Below are positions 33,753 through 52,689 of a DNA stretch of 64,000 bases, piece by piece (position 1 is the first letter of the stretch; every line of letters starts with the position of its first letter). Source of the stretch: Chlorokybus atmophyticus (taxonomy: Eukaryota > Plantae > Mesostigma and Chlorokybus algae). The stretch is from positions 1,558,190-1,622,189 of the forward strand of contig RHPI01000810.1 in NCBI GenBank assembly GCA_009103225.1, read 5' to 3'. The position numbers were made by a program, and so were the translations under genes. The notes below the pieces were generated by a model that was not told the DNA's origin, searched no databases, and was given only the letters and a program-made list of their open reading frames with translations.

Positions 33753-36034
33753 ATGGCGTCGTTGCAATGCTTGCCGTTGACGGCGTCGTCGCCGTCGTCG
33801 TCGTCATCAAGGACGGCCGCCTCTGCCCCTTCCAAATACTACGCTTCCGCAGCTGCTGCAGCGCACACGAGGGCTGAGCTCAGTCTCTTGCCCAGCTTGC
33901 AGAAGAAGTGCAAAGGCAGCAGACAACTTGCTCACTTTACAGCTGGTAAGTGGTTACGCACATCAAAGAACACAAAGACTCACCAAGACACAGACACACG
34001 TGCAAAGCAACATGACACAACTCCGTGCAAGCTGCACGCACGTGAGCTGGCATTGCAAGCCGTCCGTCTAGTTTCACAATGTGTTACCAATGCGCACCTC
34101 CTTCCTTTATGCATCTGGGGACTGAGGCGCCTTTGTCCTGCAAGCGGTATTTCTACATATATGACGCACAGCCCAAGCTCATCCAATCACAATACACGCA
34201 ACTTTGAGTGTGTTTAGCGTGCTGCGAAGAGATACTGCATACTGCATGCATTTGTCTGCTTTTCCATCAAGCAAGCATGCACACACGCTGCATGCATGGT
34301 AATATTAGGTTCATGTGCATAGGTTACAAATGCAAGAAGGGCCGTATGCGCTCTCCTTCCACAATGAAGTACAGCCCCAGCAGCAGCAACATAACCTCCG
34401 GCCCTTCTCCCTCCCCCTCCTCATCCTCATCATCAGTATCATCCGATGACAGCAACGGCCAGCCCTCTCCCCTCGACCTCCCCTCCACATCCACCGAATC
34501 CGCGGACAACATCTCGATCGCGTCGCTGCCGGCCATCGAACGGTTCATTGCAAAGTGGCAGCCGCCGAGATACATGTGGCGAGCCGTGGCGGCGTTTCTG
34601 ATCTGCGGACAGGTGGGTGTGGGGGATTGTGTGATGTGTGTTGATCAGTTATTATTGTGGAAAGCACAACCTGTGTATGTGCGTGTGGTGGTTGGTTGTT
34701 TGCCGCATATGCAGTGCGTGTACGCGCAGCTTCGTGCTGGTGACGTGGTTTCACAGGATGCTCTTTGTAGAGTACCAATGCTGTGCGTGACTTCATGTTG
34801 ACGACACAACACGACACGCGCTTGTTTGTGCACGCATACGCATGGGTTCTCAACACATGAGCACAATGAGGTGCTTGCTGTTCTCTGTTGTGTGTATCAA
34901 TTCTTTGTTGTGCACAGGTGCTACTGCGCATTGTGACAGGGCGGATTCACTGGAAAAACACTTTAGTGCAATTGGCCGAAGTCGGGCCAAACTCATTGGG
35001 AGTCACGCTGCTGACCGCCGCATTTGTCGGGATGGTGTTCACAATACAGGTGTGTGTTGCAATGCCACTATCTTACTGTCATATCACATGATTGACACAT
35101 GTGTGTTGTGTAGTTTGTGCGCGAGTTTGCGAGGCTCGGACTCACGCGCTCCGTGGGCGGCGTGCTGGCGCTGGCGCTCGTGCGGGAGCTGTCGCCGGCC
35201 ATCACGTCCATCATCATATCGGGACGCGTGGGGTCCGCCTTTGCCGCTGAGCTCGGCACCATGCAGGTGATTAAGTTGTGCCAGACAGGTTGGCAATGGT
35301 TGGCTTGTAAACACGTTCACCCGAACATGCTGACGCTTGTGCGCGCGCGTGCATGCACGCACGCGCGCGCACACACACACATACGCATGTCAACACTCGA
35401 TGCTGGTTATGGCAACTTGCAGTGACTGCATGGGTAGGTTTCGCATGTGTGCGTGTTTCAGAGAGAGACAGATTTCTTATCTCATCTTGCATTTCATGCA
35501 CACGCTTCTGCGCCTGCTTGAGTGCATGCAAGTGTATATGTGCGTGCGTATATGTGTGCGTATGCGTGTGACAAAAGGTTGAATGCCTGCATGCAGGTCT
35601 CGGAGCAAACGGACACGCTGAGGGTACTGAGGACAGACCCTGTGGACTATCTAATTACCCCCCGCGTGATAGCGTGCATGGCGGCGCTGCCTTTTCTGAC
35701 AGTGATATCCTTCACTGTTGGTATGGCGGCCAGCGTGTTGCTGGCGGACGGCGTGTACGGCATCAGCTCCAACATCATATTAGACTCGGCCGCCCGCGCG
35801 CTCAACCTCAAAGACATGGTCAGCACCCTCTGCAAGTCCCTCGTGTTCGGGTGGCTCATAGCCATCATCAGTTGCACGTGGGGCGTCACCACACTCGGCG
35901 GGGCGAAAGGTGTCGGCGAGTCCACCACGTCTGCCGTCGTTATATCCCTCGTATGCATCTTTATCGCCGACTTCATCCTCTCTTGGCTCTTCTTTCAAGG
36001 CCCAGGCGACTCCCTCAAAGCCGCCCTCGGGTGA
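33753..36034 (+). CDS. TGD1: Plastid lipid ABC transporter permease (MlaE family), spliced
   Basis: Ser/Ala-rich transit peptide; [61 protein letters not shown]|[34 protein letters not shown]. Confidence 0.95.
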
Positions 36035-36410
36035 AATGTGTGCTTGTGGACACAGTGTGGGTGTGTATGCAAGCATGTTCTCGTGCGTGTGGGTTGAAAT
36101 GTTCAAGTGGTTCAAGGTGCTCGAATCTTGGATTTCATAATTCGTTGCGTGTGCAATGAAACTGTCTTTTAGAAGGTGTATATATACATTGATAACTATG
36201 CCACATATAATCTGCTTAATGCGTCATCTACAACTAGCGAGAACCACATCTAAGCTGGTTTTCTATACTCTATACAAGTGATGCGAATCACCATCGTCAC
36301 GTTGCGACGACATATGACTTTATTGATAACAATCAACTGTACATATGCAAGACTGATGCATGCGTGCCATGAAGCGCGAACTTGCAGCGTGTTGCCATGT
36401 GCTGCTCGTG

Positions 36411-38301
<1,891 letters not shown>

Positions 38302-39234
38302 TGTAAGAGTCAACAACAGGCTGCAGGGCCCCAGGAGAAGCCCTTGACAGCTGACAACTGCTGCTGCAGTGAAAACTGCTTGCGTTCTTGCCTTCAGCTC
38401 AAGCCGCTATGCATGACCAATCCGATGCTGAGCAAGTGTGCGTGTGTATGTATACGCATACACATGCACGCACGCAGGATTGACCAACACACGGGCACAG
38501 GCATACGAGTGCACGCACAATGCATTGCGCTCGGGTCAAGCTGCTGTTGTGTGCTTTGGTGCTGCTTACTTGCCGGCAGTGGATTTGGTCCGCTCGGAGC
38601 ATGGAGAAGTACAGAGCTGGCAGAGATTGCAAACCACCAACCAAGCTTCCAATTTGCTGTAAGAGCTAGGTAGTTCAAGCTACCATGCAAGCAGACCAGC
38701 GACACCAAAGCAGGCTGCAGCTGGCTTGGCAATGCCAAGAATGCACGCAAGCAGCACAAGCACAGGCACCCTTGTAGTTGCTATGCTTTGCAATGGTGTG
38801 AAGCAAGTGGGGGCATCACGAGGTGTCGATAGGTGTCCTCATGCAAATCGCCCTCCTCGTCCTCGTCCTCGTCCTCCTGCTCCCTCCTACCATGCGTATA
38901 GCTGGCTACTATTGCCGCCGGCAAGTGGCAACGCAGTGAACGTGTCACTCGAATGCATCGAAGCTGCATGCCTGCTGTTTGGGCCCAATTTAGGCAAAAG
39001 CCGAGTCGCTGCGCGTGACATGTTGCGACATGAGTCATGTCACATGACAGCGCCAAAGTCAGCGCTGGTGCCACCTGACTCAGGTGACCTTGGCGGCAAA
39101 AAACTAGGGGAGACTAGTGTGCAAAGGTACGAGTGGGACGCTGATAGTACCTGATGTTTTGTCCTGTCCCCCCCCCTCCCCCCCATTCCCCCCTCACACA
39201 CATGGCACCTCGCCAATGCGGATATGGATCGTAC

Positions 39235-39794
<560 letters not shown>

Positions 39795-40630
39795 NATACC
39801 CACGTCATGCGCATCTGACGCAACTGGCAACCTATAACCAATGTTAAAAGTAATGATTTTGTAAGACCTTATAATGCTTATGTTCGCAACGCTTAAACAC
39901 ATGATAACATTTTCACAACTTAGCTTGCGATACATGTTTAATTGCTGTTTAAATTTCATAATTATACATCTACATGCGTAACGCCACAAATTGCTATATA
40001 TTTACATGACCATTATGGTTACCTATGATAGGCACGTATACTATATAGTATAGCCTATAAAAAGTGGTGTCATTGCTTTTTTGTGGTATAAAATGTGTAC
40101 GTACCAAACGCACATACCATACTTACAATCATTGCAAATACATGTGTGCCTGATTCGATTTCCTCGCATTCGCACTTTAAAGCGAGTACCGTTGCTCGAC
40201 CACCTCAAAAATATATGTAGATTACTTTATGAGATTACGGCTGCATATAACAAGAAAATAATGTGCATGCATTATAGTAGTTCAACCGCGTGTAAACGCT
40301 ACATTCAGCATCATTACTGTTGTCGTTGGTCAATAACAACAACAACAACAACAAGAACGACACAACTGTCACCGCTCATTAGTATCTGTATTGTACTTTT
40401 ACCGTTACTTCAAGGGCCAAGGGGGGGACACCTTTTGAAGGAGCCCACCCTATCCCCACCAGTACGTCGCTGCTGGTATAGTGTCTCTTGTACCGCGCGT
40501 CGCAGCCGCGGAGGGACGGCCTAGGCCTTCTATCCCCTTTTGCTCTGTGTCTGTCTGTGTGTCGCCAGCCGCGTGGGCGTCGCCGTCGCCGGCGCCGTCG
40601 TCGTTGTGGTCAGTGCGCGGTTGCGACGCC

Positions 40631-43600
40631 ATGGCGTCTGTCGTCGCTGGCTTGGTGCAGGTCGTGCCGTCCGTGACGTTGCTTTCGTCGCCGTCGTGTT
40701 CGACCACCACCGCCGCCTTCTCCTTCAAGCGAGCGCCGGCTGCTGCTAGCGCCGCCCCCGCCGCCGCCGCCTCCTTCTCTGGCCGGCCTCTGGCGCCGCC
40801 AACGGTGGGCTTCAGCAGCAGAAGGAGGCGGCACCGCCGTCAACATGCAGACGTGGTCGTCGCCTCCGCATCCGCAAACCCCTCCGCCGCCCAGACAGAC
40901 TCCGCCGCCTCCACCTCAGACAGCGGTAAGCCAAGTCATGCGTTTGAGTCTTTGCTCAGTCTCTTTGTCTTTGCTGCTGCCGTGCGTGTGTTACTCTTGA
41001 AAGCAGCACTTGAATCACACACATACCCCTTTTGTACACACGGGCTTTCAACTGGTCAGTTCAACAGCAACAATTTTTTGACCCTACACCAACACCAACA
41101 CCAACACTGGTCGAAAAGCAGGATTGGAGAGGGACGTGTTGGGTGCTTTACGGCGGGTGATCGACCCAGACTTTGGTATGGACATCGTTGCGTGCGGGTT
41201 TGTAAAAGACCTCATCTGCGACGCTTCTACCGGCCAGGTGAGGGGAAAACCACATTGGTTCCATCACTTGCACTTATTTTACGTATGCATGTGTCGTTGC
41301 TTTGGGCACATTGGCACTGTATGCATAATGCAATTGTGGAGTGGTGAAATTGGTAGTGAGGTGGTTTGTGTTCTTCTTGCTTCCTGTGCAGGTGTCTTTT
41401 AGGTTGGAGTTGACGACGCCAGCTTGCCCGGTGAAAGACATGGTATGAAAACCTTGGGGTAGATATGGCCATGTCAACTAGTTGTGTATGCGCATTGATG
41501 TAAAGACACGCAGGCGCACACAGACAGAGACACATATGCAAACATGCATGCCCGCACGTACCTGCATGTGTGTGCGCATACAGTGTGGACCGTTTTGCGT
41601 TCGCTTGTAAGCGTGCATAGACGTTCACACGCATGCCCGCGCATGCACACATGGACATGCGCGCACGCGCACGCACGCACTCTTGCACACACATCACACA
41701 CACACACACATGCTTCCGCACAGACCTTGCAACAAAGATCACACACACACTGCTTCACATCTCTCTCATTGGAAAAATCATCACTCACTCCATCGCAGTT
41801 TGAGTCGCAAGCGCGCGAGTACGTGGGTGCTCTGCCGTGGGTGAAGGACGTGTCCGTGAAGATGTCTGCGCAGCCACCAAAGCCGCTGCTGCCCAACGAC
41901 GTCCCGCCCGGCCTGTCGCGCGTCTCGAGCATTGTTGCCGTGTCCTCGTGCAAGGTGAGTACTGTTAACCTGTTTTCGTCAACGATGATTGGGTATGCAT
42001 TCTACACTTGCGTTCAGGCGAGAGTAGCAGACATGTGTGTATGCGTGTGCATTCACCCACGCGTGCGCATGCACACACATGCACACGCATGCAACAATAC
42101 GCCTCTGGGTGTGTGCACGCGCATGCTGGTTTGTACGCATACACACATATGCATGCACTCAAAGGTGTGCATGCGTGCATGCGTGCACAGGCGCACGCGC
42201 ACACACACTCTCTCCCACACCCGCACACCTTCTCTGCCCTCTCAGGGCGGCGTGGGCAAGTCCACCGTCTCCGTGAACCTCGCCTACTCCCTGGCGATGA
42301 TGGGCGCCCGCGTCGGCATCTTCGACGCGGACGTGTACGGCCCCTCGCTCCCGACGATGGTGTCGCCCGAAGTACGAGTGCTGAGGATGGACGAGCAGAC
42401 CAAGGCCATACAACCGACGGAGTACCTGGGAGTCAAATGCGTGTCGTTCGGGTTCGCGGGACAGGTGGGGAGGGTTGGCGTTTGTTGGGGTTGGAGGCGT
42501 GCGTTGGAGGTGTTAGTTGGGTAGCAGTCAGGGTCAAGGGCGTTGCACATGCATGCTGCTTTGATGTGCGTGTTCGTGTGTGTGTTGTTATGTGTGCGTA
42601 TGCGTTTTCGTCTGTTTTGGACAAAAACTTACACATACACGCGCACACGCGCACACATGCACCCACATACTTACGCACACACCCACATCCACACCCACAT
42701 ATGTCAACACGCATGCATACACTGACATAAAAAATGGCCAGCCCATGTATCAACATCAACTCACCCCTTTCCCCAACGCAGGGCAGTGCAATCATGCGCG
42801 GTCCTATGGTCTCCGGCGTGGTCAACCAGCTCCTGACCACCACCGACTGGGGCGAGCTCGACTACCTCATCCTCGATTTCCCTCCCGGCACCGGCGACAT
42901 CCAGCTGACCATATGCCAGGTGGTGCCGATATCCGCCGCGGTCATCGTCACGACCCCGCAGAAACTCGCGTTCATCGACGTCGCGAAGGGAGTGAGGATG
43001 TTTTCGAAATTGAATGTGCCTTGCGTGGCGGTAGTGGAGAATATGTGCTACTTTGATGGAGAGGACGGGAAGAGATACTATCCGTTCGGGAAGGGGTCGG
43101 GAGAGAAGGTGAGGAGGTTGCGTGGCGTCGCGCGCGCGCGCGTGTGTGTGTGTGTATGTGAGTGTGGGGGTGCGAGTGTGCATGTAGGCGTATGCATGAG
43201 TGTGTGGGTGCGCGAGTGTGTGGGTGTTTGCGCGTTCGTGTGCGTTTCAGTACGTGTCTTGCAGTAAGCACGTCATGATTAAGTCATGTTCTTTTACTGT
43301 ACGTGTACTTGTACATTAGACGCACTTGTACGTGTACTTGCAGATGTGTTTCTTAGCGTAGGCACATGTGCATATAAGCACATGTACACGCACACATGAG
43401 CAATGCAAGTCATAATGGGTGTCCTTGTTGCTTTCCGACGCTGTACATTGACATTGGTATTGGTATTGCTATTGGTATTGGTATTGTTCAAGACTTCGTT
43501 GCAACTCACTTGCGCAACCGCGTTCTCAAGATCAACATGTGACCAACCCTCGTCGTGTGGGTGCGTGTTCGTAGGTTGTTTCGGACTTTGGCATCCCCCA

Positions 43601-44620
43601 CCTGTTTCAGATGCCCATCGCGCCGACGCTCTCGGCCTCCGGCGACAGCGGCCAGCCCGCCGTCGTCGAGGACCCCACGGGACAGGTCGCGCGCGAGTTT
43701 GGAGAGCTCAGCGCGTGTGTCGTGCAACAGGTGGGGAAGGGTTGGTTGTTGTTGTGGTGTGAAGAGTTGGTTGGCGTGCTTGGGGTGATGTGTGTTGTAT
43801 CATGGAAGGCACATTGCGTGCTGATATTCCTATGTGAACTTGTGATGTGGCTTTGTTGCGTTAGCACGCAATGCACAAGTACAAGTGATTACGCTGTGTT
43901 TGCAAAGTATTGTGTCCATGTCTGAATGGCAATTGCGTGGCTGGGTACTGCACACACGCTCACTCATGTGGGTTTTTCCCTCAGGTTGCTAAATTGAGGC
44001 AAGCCGCGAAGAATGCTGTGGTGTACGACGCGGACCGCAAGGCGATCGTTGTGCGGCTGCCGGGATCGCAGGACACGTTCGCGCTGCATCCGGCCACAGT
44101 GCGCAGGAACGACCGCTCCGCTCAGAGCGTTGACGAGTGGACCGGCGAACAACGTCTGCGGTACGTACTACTGTAGCGTGCGTGTGCGTGTGCGTGTGCA
44201 CGCCTATGCACACAAAAGTGATGTTGTGTGCATGCGTGTGGGCGCATATGTATGTGTGTGTGTGTGTGTTACGTGTGCATGTGTGTGCATATCCAACATT
44301 GCAGTATCTGTCCACTTGATTTTGCAATGCTCTGCACCAGGTACACTGATGTTGCCGAGGACATTGAGCCCGCGAGCATCGCTCCCATGGGCAACTATGC
44401 TGTGTCCATTACATGGCCGGACGGGTTTGTTCAGGTGGCACCTTTCGAGCAGCTCGCGCAGATCGAGCGGTTGATTCTCGACAGCGCTACCGTAGTGAAC
44501 ACGCCGCCAAGCAACACAAATGTGAGTTCTGAAGCCGATGATGTTTCACCGGCCAGCGCTGCGCAAGCCATCATGAAAAACGCTGAAAGGCGGCGTGAGC
44601 AGCAGACGGCCGCTGCATAG
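40631..44620 (+). CDS. HCF101: Plastid Fe-S scaffold P-loop NTPase (Mrp/NBP35 family), spliced
   Basis: DUF59-like VIDPDFGMDIV...LELTTPACPVKDM; SSCK|GGVGKSTVSVNLA; DADVYGPS; LDFPPGTGDIQLT; VENMCYF; C-terminal DUF971-like MGNYAVSITWPDG. Confidence 0.96.
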
Positions 44621-46597
44621 GTGATAGGGTTAGGTTTGATGTTTATGTATTGGATTGGTCGGCTATATTGCAGCTAGTGCAGGCTTGAGTTATACGTATA
44701 CATGCCATGCTATAATGACACTGCGTTGTCGCAAACAAAGCCACAGTGGTGTTGTGATGGGGGCTGCTTGTGCCCTGAAGTCGCATAATTTGCTGCTGTG
44801 CGCAGGGTATGAGTCATGTTGCATACATGCGGTCAGGCTGTGCACACACACATTGCATGCAGTGAATGCCGTCGACATTCTTTTGTACACACGCACTACC
44901 AAAGCATCTCAAGCCAGCCAGCACAGCGCCACACTTACATTACACCCGGTGCATGTGTGAATGCACCAATGACTGTGGTGTCAGCATCAAGTAGTATATA
45001 AAGAATGCAATGCAGCGTATGTGATGGATTTTGGGTAAAACTCGTATGATGGTGCACACATTGCACGAGCGACAGTACAGCTGACAGTCGCACTGCGCAG
45101 CAAGGGTGACGTGAGGGGAAGAGGCGGAGCAGAGGGGCAGGGCACAGGGGCAGGGCAGAGGGGCCCTCAACGAGGGTTACAAGATGCGCGACTGCATGGG
45201 GACCGCGGGAGTGAGGTGGTGGGTGAAAGAGAATGGGAGAGTGGAAGTGGGAGTCCGTCTGCTGCTCGTGCTCCTCGCTGCCACCGAGAAGTTGAGGACT
45301 GATTGGCTGCACAGCGTGCGTGCAGGTGACGGACTTGAAGTGCATGCATGTCTGACGTGGTGAAGTAGTGGTAGTGTGATAGCATGGGTGCGTGACTCGG
45401 TGGTTGGATATGTGAAACCAAAGTTCGTGTGCAAGCATAGTTGTTGCATCAGCACAGCTACCATGACTTGTGCATGAGCATGCCCAACCTGTAGCAAGGG
45501 ATGCTGGCTGCAAACTGCATGCTTGCAATAGCACCTTCGATTCCCTGTACACACCCAGCGGGGCGCCAGAGCCCCAATCCCCTCTTCTTGCAAGTATGGT
45601 TACAACCTATACACATAGGCAAAAACACAATTCAAACATATGTACGTGCATGTCAAGTGATGCCCGCACTCGCTCCCCTGCCTCTGCCCATCCAGCATCT
45701 GCACACGCGTAGCCTAGCAGCCCCTGTAGGCTGCTGTGGTAAGACTGGTTGTGACGTGTTATTTGTTTGGGTTTGCAGCACACACGGCAAAAACTACGCA
45801 ACTGCAAAGGCGACGTTGAGTGCCATGCTGACGTCAGACATGCGTGCTGCGCGATGGCTAACCCTAACTGGCCTGGCGGCAGCGCTGGCGGTGCCGCAGT
45901 GCAGCGGGTGGGGAGTGGACGGCGGCAGAGTTGTAGAGGAGGGCGGGGGAGTCGTTGGGTCTGCTGCTGTCGTGTCGCTGATGCTGCAAAGAGTGGAGCT
46001 AACCACACCCATGGCGCAGGTGACCGACCTGAGCATGCATGCATGACTGACGGGGGCAGGTAGTGCTAGTGTCGTAGTTGTAGTTAGACGTAGCCCGATG
46101 GTGTTGTAATATCAATGCAAGTGAATCTGGTGTGCGTCACACTGTGCAGGTTGCCGGCCTGTTTCACACCATGCATGCAGCACTGCAGCATACTCCTATA
46201 CACAGTGGCAAACCAGTAAAGACATTCAGCAGTTCCAGTTACTATAGCAATCCGATGCGACACCCAGCTGAGAAAGCATGAGTGCTGTTGCCTCTTGGCA
46301 GCTAGTCTGTCGTATCTGAAGCAACTTGTGTAGGGTAGTATTACATTGCGAAACATGACCCTTTCACTTAGATTATAGGCTCAAGTCAGTTGCCACGGAC
46401 CTCACCCGGTACAGAGTTCGTCGTGAGTAAGTTAGTCCCAGAAAGTACTTGCCTGAGTGGTGTCCTTCATGAGAGATAGCGTTCGCATGTGGAGGCCAAC
46501 ATATACACCAGTAGGGATTATATATCACATGAGCATAACTTACAGCTGCCAACTTATGACTAATAACCAACTGTTGCTGTTCAGCTCCATAACCACA

Positions 46598-49052
<2,455 letters not shown>

Positions 49053-49848
49053 GGCTGAGCTTTGAACTTGCTCAACCGATGGCTGGCTACTCCACCTAGC
49101 AGTTCAGCAGCCTCTCAGACTGCTCCCCTCCTCTGCTGCTTGCACAACCTCCGAGGACGCCCCGCCCCCGCCCGACAACGCTGCTCGAGACAACACTTGC
49201 CAGCTGGCAGCTCAGTCGGTGTGCCCAGCATTGTAATAAGCATCAAACCCCAAAACCCCAGAACCGCTTCGCGTCCGCGACCTCCACATTTCTTCCAGTA
49301 ATCAGCAATTGCCTTAGATTGTTCCGCACATCGCTGGTTCAGTTCAGTCTTGAAACGAGCACAGATGTCCTTGCCCGCATTTTTCGGGGAAAACCGACAA
49401 AAGCTTTCCCGGTTTGACCTTTCGGCGTTGGCGAGTTGCTGACGCAGATATCGCCAGCGTACGTATATATCGGCACTGGAACATGTTGATAGAGTCTGTG
49501 AGCAGATTTCCGCAGTATGCCATGCTGTGTGCGTTTTGTGTGACGTTTGCGTGCAAATCAACTGTGCATTGATGGTTGAGTTGCCGCGCTTTGGCCCCTG
49601 GTCAAGCTCGTTTGGCCTGGAGGCGGCGGTGTCGGTGGCCTTGTGGATTTGATCTCACCTGACATGTAAGCGGCTACAAGCCTGGTGACAAATCAAAGGG
49701 GGCTGGATACGTCCGCCCGAAGATATAGCACAAGTGGAGCTGCCAGCAGTGGTCTGTTGTGATCAGGCTATGGGGCGCAGGGCTGCATTCTGGTTGTGGC
49801 CTGGTCTAGACAACCATATCAGGCCTAATTAAGAGTCAAGCTGTTAGC

Positions 49849-52406
49849 ATGAGGCTTTGGGTGTGGTGGATCGTTGCTGCTTTTGCGGCAGCAGTGTGCA
49901 AGTGTGCACTTGGGCAAGAAGCGGCTGTAAGCTTAGAAGCTTTAAGCGCACAGTCTGAGTGCAAAGCTTTCCAGTCGAGCAGGCCGAATATAACCGACTG
50001 GGACGCCCAATGCGACCGCTCCCCGCCCTGCCTCAATCTCGGCTTCTTTTTCAAATGGCCGGCAGACTACTCTGTCTGCCGCTCCCTGCCAAAAGTTACT
50101 GACTGGCCCACTTATGACCCTTATGAGAAGGACACAGCTTCACAAAGGGTATGCCCATGTTCAAATTCTGTCTGTCATTTCCACATTATTGTAAGTGTGT
50201 TAATAGCGTGCTTTGCATGTGGTGGTTGCTGTTGTTGTGCAGTGTAGCTAAGTGGTTGGTAGTTGAAGGTGATCTGTTCTTGTCAATCGGCTTTGAAGTG
50301 GTTTTGTGAGTTGCAATGCGCGTATTTTGGATGTGATCAGCTTGTTTGGTACATGCATTTTACAGGCAATGCTGCCATGCATGGCCGTGCAGTCTCCCAA
50401 CAGGTTGCAGGTTTTGTGCACGTCAACACACACAACAAGTAACAGCTTACTGCGCATGCATGCAAGAAGCATATGTTGGGAACAACTGTTGCAATTTCAG
50501 TCACATTGCACACACGCGTACATGCTCGCACTTGCACTCATGACTAATGTCGATTGGCTTCCCAGAGTGCAAAGGACATCGCGCAGCTGCTGCCAAACAG
50601 GACGGTGCTTTACCTCGGCGATTCGGTGTCGTACCAAGTGTACTACTCCACAATTTGCTCGCTTGCTCGCGCAGATGCGTGGGCTGAACACCACCCACAA
50701 GAAGGGGAGCTAAAATCAGCCCTCTACAAGGCCGGAGCCGCCTGGGCACAGGTAAGGGATGTTTGTTTGTTTGTGTGTTACGAAGTTGTTGTTTGATATC
50801 AACCAACAAAGAGGGAGATTGCGTGTTTGTACGTGCATGTGCGTGCGCCTGCGTGCGAGTATATGGTTGCTTGCTTTGATACCTCAATCCTGTTGTGCGT
50901 GCAAGAGTATTCATTTGTGTTCTTGTTTGGTTGTCTGTCGGTTGGTCGCTTGGTCGCTTGGTCAGTCTATCTCCGTTTTGCGTGTTGTTGGCTTATTGTG
51001 TGCTTGCTTCTGTCATTCATAGGTAAATTATGCTCCTGAGTCTGCCACAACATTCCTCTTTGCGCGTGTGAGCGTGTACAACGAGGGGATTGTGAGCAAC
51101 ATGTTGGCCTTGGCAGACGTGATTCACGTCAACTATGGTCTGCACTACACGCAGCAAACCAGCGAGGATTATGTTTTTGATGTGACCAAACTCTTTCAAC
51201 AATTGAACCAATTTGCTGCGAACCCGAGCAAGCTCGCACTCTTTCGCGAAACATCCGCCCAACATTTCCCCGCGTCGGGCGCGTTTGATAAGTCCAATCC
51301 CGCGCACAAGTCCGATTGCATGTGCGAGCAGTTGAGTAAAGCAGCCAAAGCAGACAACTACATCATGCGGCAGAACTCTGTAGTGCACTGGCTCGCGTAC
51401 CGACACCCCAATGTAAAGGTGGTCCCATTTTACGAGCGCACGTCTGTGCGGCACAACATGCACTTCCAGATGTGCGACCCCAATCGTAAGAAAGACACGC
51501 GGGCTGCCGACAGCGGCTGCTGCGATTGCACGCATTACTGGTGAGGATCATATTGCTGTTGTTGTTGTTGTTGCACACGTTGCATGCAAGCGCTGGTTGA
51601 TGCAACGCGTGTGTTGTGGACAGCTGGACGCCTCAGTTATGGAATGCTGTCATGGCGGACGTGTACAATGCGCTGACTGAAGGTCAGCGCGCATTGTGTT
51701 CAACACCTTGCTATCTATGTACCCAATGCTTTGCTACATGTGCACACAACAAGTAGTAACGATGCTGGAAGGTCATGCCACAGTGCGGCCTTCGTTGCGT
51801 GTCCCACAGCACGTCAACAGGCATCTAGTGCCATTACTCGCGTGTCAACCTTACAACTGTTGTGCAGCATTGGAAGCGGCGCATGCGGACTTAGAATTGC
51901 AAACAGATGCCACCTTCGAAGACACAGACACGGACTCGTTGTTGTTGGCTGAAAGCTTGGACTTGGACTCCGACTTGGACATGACGTTGGGCAACACGCG
52001 CGTGCGGAGTTTGCGGGAGAGAGAGCGGGAGATGGAGAGGGGTGATTACCGCCACTTGCGCGCGATGACGAGCGAGATGTGGTTTGTTGTGGTATTGTTG
52101 CTTGCGGTGGCGTGCGCGTACTACTTCCTCCATCGCGTGAGGGGTTATAAGGCGAGGGCGTTGTGGCTCCTCGTCTCGCCAACCATGCGCACGCAACGCC
52201 GCTCGCCCATGCCATCCAGCAACAACACGGGGATGAGTGTAGCTGCCTCCTCGGCTTCTTTAACGCATAAAAAAGGGGTGCAACAGATAAACGTCCCTTC
52301 TTTGGGCGGTGCTGATATGGACGGGCTCGCGCGTACCAGCAGCGTCGATACAAATGCGCTGCAACGGACCCCGCGCACTCCGGGCAGAGCGTTGTCAAAA
52401 GTGTAA
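49849..52406 (+). CDS. SGNH/PC-esterase (TBL-like) putative O-acetyltransferase, spliced
   Basis: N-terminal signal peptide; YLGDS; VNYGLHY; FRETSAQHF; DCTHY|CWTP (DxxH); C-terminal hydrophobic helix WFVVVLLLAVACAYYFL. Confidence 0.8.
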
Positions 52407-52689
52407 GTAGCCGCTTTCGTTGTGCGCGTGTCTGTAGGCTTCCCTGCAGAAGGCCAACATGTTTGGTGTATTCGCTCGCTAGCATTGTAGTCTGCTCCTA
52501 GTGTAAGTCACAGAGCAATAGCATTAACAGCTTAGAATACTTGCAAGTAGTCCCTGCTTGAGCATGGTGTGTTACACTTGTGGCTTGCACTCTAGCACCA
52601 TCTGCTTATTCAGAAACTTAGAAGAAACACCATTGTACAACTTCAGCCCACATAAACAATATTATGTGCTATGTGCCGACCCCATTCAT

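Noticed and set aside
38781-39074. Minus-strand ORF with an acidic EQEDEDEDEE stretch upstream of APK
   Set aside because: Explained by a TCCTCG repeat; no family similarity and no splice link to APK established.
44935-46063. Overlapping ORFs between HCF101 and OTC, with some splice-like sites
   Set aside because: No consistent spliced model or recognisable domain could be built.
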